Virus record (IMG/VR): IMGVR_UViG_3300038825_000286
Location: 1-30,727 of that record
Direction: 5' to 3' (one strand)
DNA from: a virus
Lineage: Duplodnaviria > Caudoviricetes
DNA length: 30,727 nucleotides
Positions 1 to 10,065 of the stretch are shown here, piece after piece. The position numbers and the translations under genes are program-made. Within the stretch, counting starts at the first letter, position 1, and the number at the start of each line of letters is the position of its first letter. Under the pieces are notes generated by a model. That model had not been told where the DNA came from. It did not search any database and saw nothing but the letters and a program-made list of their open reading frames with translations.

Positions 1-100
1 CTCCAACAAGTTCTTTTACTTTGTTTAACATATCTGTTGCTTTCATAAATAATATTTATATTAATACAATAACTTTTTTATTAGGTTGTTATATTTTTAC
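1..100. repeat. Terminal direct repeat, left copy (matches 30628..30727)
   Basis: Identical to 30628..30727 except T at position 2 versus C at 30629. Indicates a circular/complete assembly. Confidence 0.97.
65..91 (-). promoter_or_regulatory. Putative phage late promoter (duplicate of 30692..30718), upstream of scaffold gene
   Basis: Minus strand TAACAA-N14-TATTGTA, the same motif found at five other late-gene starts. Confidence 0.75.
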
Positions 101-243
101 TCCGTTCCTGTAATGTTTCCTATTCCCTGCGCTCTGTGGTCATCTCCATCGCAACAATCTCTTGAATAGGTATTAGTCTCCCAACATAGGCAACCCCTAC
201 GGTCATCATTCGGTACTGGTGGTTTTACGTTTCTATTTCTCAT
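97..243 (-). CDS. Small Cys-rich hypothetical protein, probably virion-associated
   Basis: CLC...CCDG...QGIG motif. Start placed at ATG 243, which overlaps the upstream stop (ATGA), rather than at 285. Confidence 0.7.
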   Translation of the reverse strand: MRNRNVKPPVPNDDRRGCLCWETNTYSRDCCDGDDHRAQGIGNITGTE

Positions 244-869
244 CCTGCGTTTTGTGTTCTTTGTATAAAAAATATAATATCCCAAACTTTTGCACTACCA
301 CCGTCCGCTTGTATTTTTGGTGTAAGTCCATTAGATAATGCGTTTGCATCTAAATAGTATTGAAACATAATGTGTTGGTTTTGTGTTTCGTCATTTCCTT
401 TGTAAAAACCTAATGCCATATTGATTCTATCGTAATCGTCAGCACCAGTAAGTTTAAAATCTAAATGAGTTTGGTTTGCATTAGCAGCACTTTTTTTAAA
501 TACAACCGTAGCCATATAAACGTCATTTTCATTTAATCCTACAAACTTGTTACTTGATGAATCGTAAAAGTCTATACTTGGGTGGCTTCTTACAACACTA
601 CCTGCATTATTAGGAAGTGTAACCTCAACACCATCTGATAAAAGTAATTTAGTAGAATCTCCCGCACCTGTGTAAAAAGTGTCATTATATCTTGACCATC
701 CTAAATTTAAACCTCCTGTTTGTGGGTAAACTATAACGTTTTCACTGTTATGTCCCATATACAGATAGTCGTCTGTGCGTAACATTGCACCATCTTCTAT
801 ATTGACGTTATCTACAACTGACTGCTCAACATCTTCTACGTGTACCCTATATGCTGTGTTTTTTCCCAT
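240..869 (-). CDS. Hypothetical virion protein (209 aa, beta-rich C-terminal domain)
   Basis: Long ORF coupled to the protease gene (TAATG at 869), in the late operon. Confidence 0.7.
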   Translation of the reverse strand: MGKNTAYRVHVEDVEQSVVDNVNIEDGAMLRTDDYLYMGHNSENVIVYPQTGGLNLGWSRYNDTFYTGAGDSTKLLLSDGVEVTLPNNAGSVVRSHPSIDFYDSSSNKFVGLNENDVYMATVVFKKSAANANQTHLDFKLTGADDYDRINMALGFYKGNDETQNQHIMFQYYLDANALSNGLTPKIQADGGSAKVWDIIFFIQRTQNAG

Positions 870-1885
870 TATTTGATTGGTACGCAGTTAGGTACTCTTC
901 TTCCGTTTTTCATTTTAAACCCTATCATTTCATATCCTGCTTGGCACGGTTCTTTTAATGATGCTTCTAATAGGTCAAGCTCTCTTAGTTTAGAACCTGC
1001 CCATCTTAGTCCTGCTTTACCACCCCATAACAAATAAGATATAGTACCACAGGCTTCGTTATCTCCTTCATCGTAATACTCCTCTGCACGTGATAAATAA
1101 CTAAACATTCTTTTAATCGTTTCGACCGTTACGGCTTTACCTTGTGCTAATTGTTGCGCTCTAACTTTCCCTACTTGGGTGGCGCATTTGTTGTTTACTT
1201 TTTCGTTTAGTTCTATGCCTTTTTTTGCGTTATTAGAAACTGCATCAGGATAGTCTGCATAGCTTTCCAGTTCCTGCTCGTTATCAAACAAGTTTGTAAG
1301 TTGGTCTAATATATGTTGTGCTTCTTCTTCTTCGATATTAGATAGTTCGTCTTTTATAGAATTGTCTTGTGGTTTTTCTAACTTGTCTGCAAAATAACCT
1401 TCTATAGAAAATCCTTTTACCTTGCCTGTTTTTACATAGTTATTCCATACGTCATCATTGTGTACCTTCATAGATACCATCCAAGTACCAATAGGCACAT
1501 CTAAGTCGTAGTGTCTTGTTTTGTCTTTTTCTCCCTCTACTATCCAACTTTCAACCGCAGTAAGACCAGTCAAAGGCATATTGTGTTCTAATGTTGAATT
1601 GTTTTGGTTGCCTCTTATAAAAAAAAGTTCACTTGCCTTTCTTACAGTTTCCTTTGAAAAGTAAATATAGTATTCATCTTCTCCGCTTCTTCTATAAATA
1701 GGTTTATTAGGCACTAAAGCTGCACCCATTAATATACGTTTTTCCTTATCTACTTCTGCAAGTTTAAACTCTTGATTTTTTAAAGCAATAAAATCTTCTT
1801 CTATTGCGGGACTTTCTACAACGCTTATGGCTTCAATTCCTGAAACGTCATCGTTTTCGTCTATTACAAGTTCTACGATATTCAT
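869..1885 (-). CDS. XkdF-like prohead maturation protease with C-terminal extension domains
   Basis: Motifs ISVVESPAIE, LMGAALVP, TLEH, VESWIV, GTW, KGFSIEG are typical of XkdF-type putative serine proteases. Followed by an LLWGG domain and a C-terminal VPNCVP motif. Confidence 0.85.
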   Translation of the reverse strand: MNIVELVIDENDDVSGIEAISVVESPAIEEDFIALKNQEFKLAEVDKEKRILMGAALVPNKPIYRRSGEDEYYIYFSKETVRKASELFFIRGNQNNSTLEHNMPLTGLTAVESWIVEGEKDKTRHYDLDVPIGTWMVSMKVHNDDVWNNYVKTGKVKGFSIEGYFADKLEKPQDNSIKDELSNIEEEEAQHILDQLTNLFDNEQELESYADYPDAVSNNAKKGIELNEKVNNKCATQVGKVRAQQLAQGKAVTVETIKRMFSYLSRAEEYYDEGDNEACGTISYLLWGGKAGLRWAGSKLRELDLLEASLKEPCQAGYEMIGFKMKNGRRVPNCVPIK

Positions 1886-1890
1886 ATTAA

Positions 1891-1917
1891 TACAATATAT
1901 TTTTTTATATTTTGTTT
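1891..1917 (-). promoter_or_regulatory. Putative phage late promoter upstream of protease
   Basis: Minus strand AAACAA-N14-TATTGTA-TTAAT-ATG(1885). Confidence 0.75.
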
Positions 1918-1921
1918 TATT

Positions 1922-3466
1922 TTATCCAATTGCTGCACTGCTTTCAATATTTCTATCTAATGCTTGTTGTGATGAAACCTCTTGCGAGACTACAAATGCT
2001 TTTACTGGCTTTTGTTCTTGTTGTCCTATCGTTTCTGCTAATTGGTTTTCGGGTGCTGCTCCTACTACATTAAAGGCAGGTGTTGCTGGTGTCGAAGGTG
2101 CAGAAATACCTCTACTTCCACTTCCGCCTGATGGTGTTTTAACTGATGCTATTTGTTTTACCGTTGCTATACCCGAAGCTAATATACTTGCTGCACTTAT
2201 AGCTTTTTGTATAGAACCAAATGGTTCAGGGATGGTAGTAGGGGATTTTAAAACATCCGTAAATCCTAAGTAAGAGTTTATAGTTGCCTGTGCTATGGCT
2301 GCTGCTTTACCTGCTGCACTATTTTCTCCTAATAATGCAGTAATACCACCAAGAGCCTGACTTGTTAATTGCATTTTTTGGTTTGTAGTTAGTTCATCCT
2401 GTGCTTGTTCTTCTTCTGACGCAACTTTCTTTAAACCACTTAAATCTGTTACTAAACCTTTTTCGAAATCTGTGCCTTGTTTTTTAATTTGGTTTATGTC
2501 ATCGCTTTGCTTTTGTATCGCTGCTAATTCCGCTGCCCTTTCGTTTGCTTTTGCATCTGCTTCTGCCTTACGCAATCCCGCAGCAACACCTAATAGTTCT
2601 TTGTTTCTGATTAAACGTTGTTCTTCCAGCTGAATTACGTTAGCTACTAACTGCGCTTCTTCGTCTAAATCTTCTTTTGTTGATTCACTTAAACTATTTT
2701 CTTCTATTTTAATATCACGTCTTAGTGCTGCAAGTGATACCTCTTTTTTAGTAATCTCATCTTCTTTTGCTGCTGCAAGTTCTAAAAACCTTATTCTTTC
2801 TTCTGCGGTAAACTTGTCAACCTCTGCTGCTTTTGTTTTTAGTTTGTTAATTTCTACATTAACTTTTGCCCTCTCGACTAATAAAGCACGCTCTTGTTTA
2901 TTTGCATCAGCTATTTTATCTGCTAAATCTCCTGCTAATTCTAACTCTTGTCGTGTTTCATCACCAAAATTAAATATTCTTTCTTTTAGTTGGTCAAACG
3001 CATCTCCTGCTGCACTAAAATTACCGCTAAGTGTTTCTAATATAACAGTACCTAAACTTGAAAATATATCGCCTACGTTTCCAGCAATTACTCCAAGTTG
3101 TTTTAATATTTTGCTAAATCTATTTTGTCCTTCTTCCGAAGCTGTAAAAGCAGCTGTAACAGAAGCGATTGCCACTACCAATGCACCAATACCTGTTGAT
3201 ATTATAACACCTCTAAGTGTTCTAAAACCCTTAGCAGTATTTTTAATAGTGCCAATTAAACCTTGAAACTTACTAATAGCACCACCTGTAACAGTATCAA
3301 GTTGACCTCCCATTTCTGAAAAGTCGCTACTTAACTTTTTAGTTTCCTTTGATGTCTCCTGTGCTTCCTCTTTTACTTGTTCAACACCTTTAGCAACTTT
3401 TTTTAAATCTTTTTCTGTTGCGCCTGTTTCGGCTATAACCTCTAATACTACTTGTTTTGTTGCCAT
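1922..3466 (-). CDS. Tail tape measure protein (514 aa)
   Basis: Ala/Gly-rich hydrophobic segments (ISTGIGALVVAIA; KAAAIAQATINSY) flanking a long coiled coil, within the tail cluster. Confidence 0.8.
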   Translation of the reverse strand: MATKQVVLEVIAETGATEKDLKKVAKGVEQVKEEAQETSKETKKLSSDFSEMGGQLDTVTGGAISKFQGLIGTIKNTAKGFRTLRGVIISTGIGALVVAIASVTAAFTASEEGQNRFSKILKQLGVIAGNVGDIFSSLGTVILETLSGNFSAAGDAFDQLKERIFNFGDETRQELELAGDLADKIADANKQERALLVERAKVNVEINKLKTKAAEVDKFTAEERIRFLELAAAKEDEITKKEVSLAALRRDIKIEENSLSESTKEDLDEEAQLVANVIQLEEQRLIRNKELLGVAAGLRKAEADAKANERAAELAAIQKQSDDINQIKKQGTDFEKGLVTDLSGLKKVASEEEQAQDELTTNQKMQLTSQALGGITALLGENSAAGKAAAIAQATINSYLGFTDVLKSPTTIPEPFGSIQKAISAASILASGIATVKQIASVKTPSGGSGSRGISAPSTPATPAFNVVGAAPENQLAETIGQQEQKPVKAFVVSQEVSSQQALDRNIESSAAIG

Positions 3467-3603
3467 AACTCTCTTTTAAATATGTTATATGCTTCCCTTA
3501 CGCTTTCAGGATATTTATTTTTGCCTAATGCTATAGCGGTATATTTTCCTGTTTGCTTATTCTGTTTAGCTATTTCCAATAAGTTTAATATATTCTCTAT
3601 CAT
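3448..3603 (-). CDS. Small hypothetical protein (51 aa, MIENILNLLEIAK...), not in ORF track
   Basis: Translated by hand. ATGA overlap with the upstream stop, and it fills the gap before the tape measure gene. Confidence 0.75.
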   Translation of the reverse strand: MIENILNLLEIAKQNKQTGKYTAIALGKNKYPESVREAYNIFKRELWQQNK

Positions 3604-6236
3604 AGTGTAGTATTTGATTTTTTGTCTGAAAATACATCTCTAAACGCATATAATGGACTTGTGTTTGTCCTTGCGTAAAATGTCCAGTATATTGTTTGTC
3701 CACTTGAAAGACCCGAAACCGCTGCCCTTACTGTATCAGGCGAAGTGTGTTTGTTAAATTGGTTAGTTTCAAAATGTATATTAGTAACATTAGAATTTGC
3801 TTTTAGTAAATAATAATCTAATGAATCTATATCGCTGGAAGTTGTAGAGTAGAAGAAACCGTATTCATCTATTTGTGCAACCGAGCCAACCAATCCTAAT
3901 TCTGTAATTGTATGTGCTAATATTATTTCACTTATATAAACTTCTATTGGGTCAACATCAGCTAACTTAGCAGGTGTTACTACTATCGCCTCATTGACAT
4001 CCGTATATTTAGGATTGTTTGAAGTGTCAAGTGCATCAGGTATTAAATCCGTTGTAGAGGTTATGGTAAACCCATCTACCTCACAGAAAGAGTCGGCAGT
4101 ATAAGCGTAAAGTTCAGAAATATCAGTCATACTATCTACAGTCAAACACTTATCCTCTGTAGTGAACCTTGTTGGTATTGTTGCTGGTACTGAAATACGC
4201 TCTCCAAACGTGTCTTTGCTATTTATTAGTTCTAAATCAGATTGTAGGTTTTCAAAGTTTGTAGTGATTTTATTAATCCTGTACAAATCATTGAATATTC
4301 TTACTTTATCTGCAAGTGAAAACTCTGTAAGCATAGACAAAGGCAAATACGCTTTAGTCTTTAGTATTCTTTTTTGTGGGTCAAATATTTCAGATACATA
4401 GTTTTTGTAATATGTTTCAAATATTGTGCTATTAAATGGTACTTCGGCAAACTCATTATATTCATTACCAAAGTTAATATTAAAAGAATCTGTTAAACTG
4501 ACTGAATTAGATGGGACATAAGCGGAGGTTTTTTGTGATACTGCACCGTTTAGGTCTAATATCCCCATATTTAATGTTTGTGAAATAGGATAAAACAACA
4601 ATGGTTCCCCCACACTTGCCTCTTGTTTAATGTCAGCACTCCAACCCCACATTATATCTGTTTTAGTTCCACCGTTTACATCGTAAAGTCTTTCAAATTT
4701 AAAATGCTCAAAAGGTAGCTCTATTTTGTAAACACTTCCTTCAAACTTTTCAGATACATTATATCTTAGTTCGCCCCAATTAACCTTAAATTGTTCTTCG
4801 TGAGACTTAGCAAAAAAGTTATCCGTACCATCATAAGAAAAATCTAACTGCTTGTAAGGTAATATAGTATTTACTGTTTGTTGGTCTTTGTCAATATAAG
4901 GTGTAACATCCCAAGTGTTTGTGCTTTCGGCATAGAAATCGTCTAATGTTTTTACTACTACATCTTCGTTATCATTCACAAATGCAGTAAGGTTAAACAT
5001 TTTAAATAAACCAGTTAGAAAGTCTATCACTTTCATATCAGGCATATAGGTGGTGCTTATAACATCTAAGTCAGTACCTACAGAAGCGGTTGCACTTAGT
5101 CTTGTTTCTCGACCTCTGCTCATTCTTACAGCAATCCTAAAATCAAAGTTATTAGGTGTTTCGCTTTCTATTGCTATTTGATAAGTACCTAAAACCTGAC
5201 CTTCTATATCTCCATTGTTTTGGTTTCTTAAACTCCATTCAGTATCGTTGGTGTAGTTTAGTTCTACGTCATCCCACCTTCTATACTCTAACCCATCTTT
5301 GTAGATAACAACATTAAAAGGGTTGTCGGTGTCGGGTACCGCTACTATGTTTATTGCTTTTGCTGGTGCGCCATAAAGTTCAAATGCTCCTGACTTAATT
5401 CTAACATATCCATCATTTGTAGTTATAGCATAGTTAGAGGCATACCCTACAGGTATCTCACCCGTTCCAAACGCTCCTGTTTTGTTATGTAGCCACAAAT
5501 AAAGCTTGTTGTAAACATCATTGGTAGTGCTAAAAAAGTCATCAGTAAAATTAATATTATACTTCTGTTCTATTGCCCTTATAATAGCGTGTACTTTAAT
5601 TGCAGGTTTTAACTGTGATATTTCTAAACCGTAGCTTGTGTCGTTTATATAGGCTATGTTATTTGTTGTATCGCTATTCTCATTATCTGCTGTGTGATTT
5701 GAGTTGTATATAAGCCTCTTTGTGTGAGTAATAAGCGGAAATACTATAGCATCTTCAAACGTTTCATCTCCTACCGTTACATCCAAACCATCTGACATAT
5801 ATGTCTTAATGTTGTCGTTATTATAGGTAAATGAAAAAAACTCACTTATATATGATAAACTATTTAATTTATCTTCTCCTAATAAGTCGTTTAATGTAAT
5901 TGTACTACCAAAAAAAGTAAGCTTATAAGTGTGTGCTTTGTTATCTCTTTTAGTTGCACCTTCTAATTTTATTTTACCCTTTTTAAATAACGTATAGTTT
6001 AGATGTAACTCTGCGGTCTTTTTATATCGTGCATCAAATCCTATTATATTAGGGTCGTGAAAATGTTTAAATATTTTGTTATTAGTCTTTGAAGCTGGTA
6101 CATTAAAAGTTCGTGAGAAATCGGTAAACACCTTTTCAATATCCATAACGTCCTGAATGGACTGCGTAAGAGTAACCGATTCGTCATCAAATAAATCTAC
6201 TTCCTGACCTTCTATAAATAACTGTAAGTTTAACAT
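3600..6236 (-). CDS. Large tail-tip/baseplate hub protein (878 aa)
   Basis: N-terminal ...FSRTFNVPASKTNNKIF motif typical of Bacteroidota siphophage tail-tip proteins. C-terminal FN3-like segment (SGLSSGQTIYW). Confidence 0.75.
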   Translation of the reverse strand: MLNLQLFIEGQEVDLFDDESVTLTQSIQDVMDIEKVFTDFSRTFNVPASKTNNKIFKHFHDPNIIGFDARYKKTAELHLNYTLFKKGKIKLEGATKRDNKAHTYKLTFFGSTITLNDLLGEDKLNSLSYISEFFSFTYNNDNIKTYMSDGLDVTVGDETFEDAIVFPLITHTKRLIYNSNHTADNENSDTTNNIAYINDTSYGLEISQLKPAIKVHAIIRAIEQKYNINFTDDFFSTTNDVYNKLYLWLHNKTGAFGTGEIPVGYASNYAITTNDGYVRIKSGAFELYGAPAKAINIVAVPDTDNPFNVVIYKDGLEYRRWDDVELNYTNDTEWSLRNQNNGDIEGQVLGTYQIAIESETPNNFDFRIAVRMSRGRETRLSATASVGTDLDVISTTYMPDMKVIDFLTGLFKMFNLTAFVNDNEDVVVKTLDDFYAESTNTWDVTPYIDKDQQTVNTILPYKQLDFSYDGTDNFFAKSHEEQFKVNWGELRYNVSEKFEGSVYKIELPFEHFKFERLYDVNGGTKTDIMWGWSADIKQEASVGEPLLFYPISQTLNMGILDLNGAVSQKTSAYVPSNSVSLTDSFNINFGNEYNEFAEVPFNSTIFETYYKNYVSEIFDPQKRILKTKAYLPLSMLTEFSLADKVRIFNDLYRINKITTNFENLQSDLELINSKDTFGERISVPATIPTRFTTEDKCLTVDSMTDISELYAYTADSFCEVDGFTITSTTDLIPDALDTSNNPKYTDVNEAIVVTPAKLADVDPIEVYISEIILAHTITELGLVGSVAQIDEYGFFYSTTSSDIDSLDYYLLKANSNVTNIHFETNQFNKHTSPDTVRAAVSGLSSGQTIYWTFYARTNTSPLYAFRDVFSDKKSNTTL

Positions 6237-7225
6237 TAACGAACGTTGTTTATCTTGTTAAATGCAAAATCAAAATCTACTGTGTAATTAGCTAATCTAT
6301 CGTTTAAGCTTGTTTTAAATGTTAGTGCTTTCGTTTTAGGTATGATTGGCAAAGTCTGTGAATCGTATCTAATCCAAACATTATCAGATAAAAATAGTTC
6401 TTCAATCGCTGAATTAGAATCTTCATTAATAAACCCTGTATTTAATGATATTGTTTTTGTTGCGTTGGTATTATACCTTTCTTTTTGTCCCTTGTAAACT
6501 GGATAGTTTACCGTACTATTTGCAGTAACCGTATTACGCTTATAGGTTTCATCCGTTACATTAAAAGACTCTGTCGATTTTTTAAAGAAATATAAATCTT
6601 GGTAAGCACCATATTTATTTACAAACGTAACTTTGTAAGGAGTAAATTTAGGCTCACATACATTGTAAACCTTTATGGTTCTTAGTAGTGTTGTATCGTC
6701 TGTATCGTAAACTTGTATCGCGCTACTGTTTGCAGGTATAGTTATATATTGTAACTTTTGATTTGTGTTACCGTTGTCTGTTATCTCTGTATCTGATGCA
6801 TCTATAGTAACCTTACCTACACCCGCTGCATATATCGGCAACCTTCCTGTAGTATCTTTGGGTAAATAAATACTGTTAGATGTCATTAAAGCATTACCAA
6901 TTAAGGTAGGGTTTATTTCATCTTCAAAATATCCATATCCATCTACCGCTAAATAGTTATCCGTTTCGGGACTTCCATAAGTAAATATTACACCTTGGTC
7001 ATCTATAAGGGTTGCAACGGTTGTAACCCACACACACTTTGACAGGTAGTCATCGTTAAATGTTTGGTCTATGTAATCCCTTACAAGTTCTGATATTTCA
7101 AAAACTACTTCGCTATCATTCCCTATGATGCTTTTTTGAATATTATATTTTAGGTCAGAAGATGTATAAGACCCTACTGTGCCTGTGTAAATATATATGT
7201 TTAAGTCTGCTGTTTTAAATGGCAT
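6236..7225 (-). CDS. Tail-tip (distal tail-like) protein (329 aa)
   Basis: FVNKYG, LNTG, ELFLS..VW motifs. Coupled by TAATG to both neighbours. Confidence 0.7.
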   Translation of the reverse strand: MPFKTADLNIYIYTGTVGSYTSSDLKYNIQKSIIGNDSEVVFEISELVRDYIDQTFNDDYLSKCVWVTTVATLIDDQGVIFTYGSPETDNYLAVDGYGYFEDEINPTLIGNALMTSNSIYLPKDTTGRLPIYAAGVGKVTIDASDTEITDNGNTNQKLQYITIPANSSAIQVYDTDDTTLLRTIKVYNVCEPKFTPYKVTFVNKYGAYQDLYFFKKSTESFNVTDETYKRNTVTANSTVNYPVYKGQKERYNTNATKTISLNTGFINEDSNSAIEELFLSDNVWIRYDSQTLPIIPKTKALTFKTSLNDRLANYTVDFDFAFNKINNVR

Positions 7226-8850
7226 TATGCTAATCTTTGAAAGGTTTTATCTGTGTGATTCACGTACCATATTTCTGATATTATACGTGTAGGCTCTACT
7301 CTTATATAATATTGTCGTGTTTGATAAGTTTGAATTACTTGGGGGCATATTTTATAACTACCGTAAGTAGGGCCGACCCTATCTCTTAATCTTAAATATA
7401 CTGCACCTGTATTGTTAAACACGTATTGCTTTAATCGACCATCAAAAAGACTATTAAACAATCCAATGTTAGATATTCCTGTGTTAATGTTATCTAATAT
7501 ATTGTTTGATACTAAAAAAACACCCGCACTTGAATTATCAAATTTACAATAGTCTAAATTCCATTCTAATACTCGTTGTGTTTTATAATAACTGCCACTG
7601 TTTGCAGTAGAATAAGTAGTAACCCAAGTGTTACCAGCAGCTTCGTATTGTTCTCTTGTTAAATAATCATAATATTGAGTATGAATAGCCCAAGAGATGT
7701 CAGCGTCTGTTGCCAGTTCTACCGCAGGTTGTAACATCGTTACAGGACAAGAAATATCAGAACCTCCACTATTAGCATATCCATTTGCAGGTGGTGTAAT
7801 ATTAAAAGTAACAGTTCTTTCTACAGAAGTGCTTAAATAACCCTCAAAGCTTAAAGGTGTAAAACTTGATATTGTACCTTTATTAGCTGTGCCTATTTTT
7901 ACAGCACCATTTAATGCGATAGCTTGTCCTGTAAGTCCTGCTACTTCACAATCAAATTGTGGTAAGGTAGTAGAAGATTGTGTAAAGGTTTTAGAACATT
8001 CAACCGTTGCTCCTGCATTTGTATATCCTACACCTGATGGTACTGTTATGTCAAAATATAATGTAACGCTTCTTGCACTTCCTGTATTGTTTGCAGGGTA
8101 GCTTGTAATCGGTGTCCCTCCCGAAGTATCTTTAATTGCGGTTATAGTTCCGTTTAAAGATGGATTTGTAATAACGCCTAAGTTGGATATACTGCCACCA
8201 GTAAGAAACGCATCGCCACAAGTATAAGTTTGTGCAGCAGATATTGTAGTTTGTATTGATTGTGTTGCACTACAAGTATCAGGGTCTCCATCGTAGGCTT
8301 CTACAAATATTGTTATAGTTCCTGTTTTACTTCCACTAAACAAACTCAATATTCCGTTATTTATCGAAGTCTGTATATATGTTGGAAAACTATTTGTAAT
8401 ATGATAATCAACAATAGGGTTGACACCTTGTGTAAAATAACTTGTTAAATCTATATCTACTGTATCGCCCCCTGTGTCTAAAGATTGACCTGGTATGCTT
8501 CCATTTAAAGTAACACCTCCTGTACAAACAAAAGCAGGTTGGGTAAATGTAGCATCACAATTTATTATATCGTCCGATGCGTTGCTAAAGTTTTCAGGAA
8601 TACGGATAGAAAAAGTAATAGTTCGGCTTGTGTCAGATACAACGGTGTCAAATTTCCCATCTGCAAAATCACCTGCTGTAGAAGTATAACTATCAATATC
8701 CCCATAGTCTAAAGTAGGTAATGTTATGTTGCCAAATTGGTCTATTGTCATACCTTGTAGATTGACTAAATCACAATCCAATGCAACGCTCGGTACATTC
8801 GGCTCATCGTATCTTAAATAAAATGGACTTCTAATGTTTATTTTTGTCAT
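7225..8850 (-). CDS. Tail-associated protein with three internal Cys-bounded beta-rich repeats (541 aa)
   Basis: Thr/Ser/Gly-rich, with repeats C..A.L.G..I...G.I ... R(T/S)(I/V)T ... N ... C..T..Q. Confidence 0.7.
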   Translation of the reverse strand: MTKINIRSPFYLRYDEPNVPSVALDCDLVNLQGMTIDQFGNITLPTLDYGDIDSYTSTAGDFADGKFDTVVSDTSRTITFSIRIPENFSNASDDIINCDATFTQPAFVCTGGVTLNGSIPGQSLDTGGDTVDIDLTSYFTQGVNPIVDYHITNSFPTYIQTSINNGILSLFSGSKTGTITIFVEAYDGDPDTCSATQSIQTTISAAQTYTCGDAFLTGGSISNLGVITNPSLNGTITAIKDTSGGTPITSYPANNTGSARSVTLYFDITVPSGVGYTNAGATVECSKTFTQSSTTLPQFDCEVAGLTGQAIALNGAVKIGTANKGTISSFTPLSFEGYLSTSVERTVTFNITPPANGYANSGGSDISCPVTMLQPAVELATDADISWAIHTQYYDYLTREQYEAAGNTWVTTYSTANSGSYYKTQRVLEWNLDYCKFDNSSAGVFLVSNNILDNINTGISNIGLFNSLFDGRLKQYVFNNTGAVYLRLRDRVGPTYGSYKICPQVIQTYQTRQYYIRVEPTRIISEIWYVNHTDKTFQRLA

Positions 8851-9365
8851 CTTGTAAACTCTATAAATTCGTCAATGTCTAATGCAAACCTTTCTATTAA
8901 TTCATCAGGTAGTTTTATAAATGCGTTTTCAAAAGGCTTAGTAAAAAACATACTGGCTCTTAATCCCTTTTTGTATATGCTTCTTGCTATTACATAAGTT
9001 AAACTTTTGACATCGCCTTCTAATCCTTTTTGTTTAATCCATTTACCTAAAGACTTTCTTGCCTGTGGACTTAATGGCATTTTCTTATATTGAAACCTAC
9101 TGTTTTGGCTTTGTCTATATGTACTCTCTGCACCCCTTACACCTTCATCTTGGTATATACCATAGTCAGCCATATAAAACTCTAAAGAAAAACTATTAGG
9201 ATTAACTTTTAAATCATATCCTAAACTACCCTCTAAGTCTCCACTTGATGAGCCTGTAATAAATTTGTTATTACGATGTCTGCGGAGGTTTCCCTTCGAT
9301 TGTTTTATTACCGTATTAGCAAATACTTCTAAAGCTTGTTTTGTTTCTTTAAACGTCATTAGCAA
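8847..9365 (-). CDS. Putative neck/tail-completion protein (HK97 gp10-like)
   Basis: Basic protein with SG.L..S, YG.YQD.GV.G, IARSI..KG and FFTKPF motifs, located in the tail cluster. Confidence 0.6.
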   Translation of the reverse strand: MLMTFKETKQALEVFANTVIKQSKGNLRRHRNNKFITGSSSGDLEGSLGYDLKVNPNSFSLEFYMADYGIYQDEGVRGAESTYRQSQNSRFQYKKMPLSPQARKSLGKWIKQKGLEGDVKSLTYVIARSIYKKGLRASMFFTKPFENAFIKLPDELIERFALDIDEFIEFTR

Positions 9366-9814
9366 ATTGTCATATCGTTTACTACTATCACATTAAAGGT
9401 TGCAGTCCATCCTGCTAACTTATTTTCAAACCTATCTACAAATGGTTCACAAGTAACATTTTCTTCTACTTGGTATTTGTCTGTGTAGCTGTCCCCTCTT
9501 TGTAGTTCGTTTATTACTCTTGTAAGTAATGCAAGTTGTGTGTTTAGTACATCCTGTTCGTTGTCGTTTCCTACAAACACATCAATAACCTCATCGTTTG
9601 ATATATCTACTATGTCCATTGCAAGAACCGAAATATTAAAGGTTGTCGTTTTAGTTCCTACTAAAGCATTATTTACTATAATATGAGACAAAGGAAATAT
9701 ACTCTGCTTATCTAAATCCACATCGTCAATGCTTCCATAGGTAACTGTATTTACAAATGGCTCTGCATTAAGAAGTGCTTTTAGTTTGTCTGTTACTTGG
9801 TAAAATCCTTTCAT
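9359..9814 (-). CDS. Putative tail terminator protein
   Basis: Acidic 151-aa protein with FPLSHI and EPF.DRFEN.LAGW motifs, next to the neck gene. Confidence 0.6.
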   Translation of the reverse strand: MKGFYQVTDKLKALLNAEPFVNTVTYGSIDDVDLDKQSIFPLSHIIVNNALVGTKTTTFNISVLAMDIVDISNDEVIDVFVGNDNEQDVLNTQLALLTRVINELQRGDSYTDKYQVEENVTCEPFVDRFENKLAGWTATFNVIVVNDMTIC

Positions 9815-10065
9815 CGTTTCTTAATTAAACTTTTTTCTAACTCTACTTTTTCTTTTTCAAAGGCTAAGTACATAAAAGACTTGTGCATATTTAGTTTCGT
9901 AATGGTATCAAATTTGGTAACATCTCCCTTAGCCAATCCATAGACTGATTGATACCATCCCCACTTTCTCCCAAAAGTTGACGTTGCTGTGTAGTCAAAT
10001 TCTCCCCCATTTCCTTCGCTAAATATTTCAGGGTAATTTGAAGTAACTCGCTGCTTAAACTCCAA
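9811..10065 (-). CDS. -1 frame extension of tail assembly chaperone (gpT-like)
   Basis: Begins exactly at the T9 run (10064..10072) in the -1 frame of the upstream ORF, with only a TTG start inside the run. Contains a KWGWY motif. Confidence 0.7.
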   Translation of the reverse strand: MEFKQRVTSNYPEIFSEGNGGEFDYTATSTFGRKWGWYQSVYGLAKGDVTKFDTITKLNMHKSFMYLAFEKEKVELEKSLIKKR

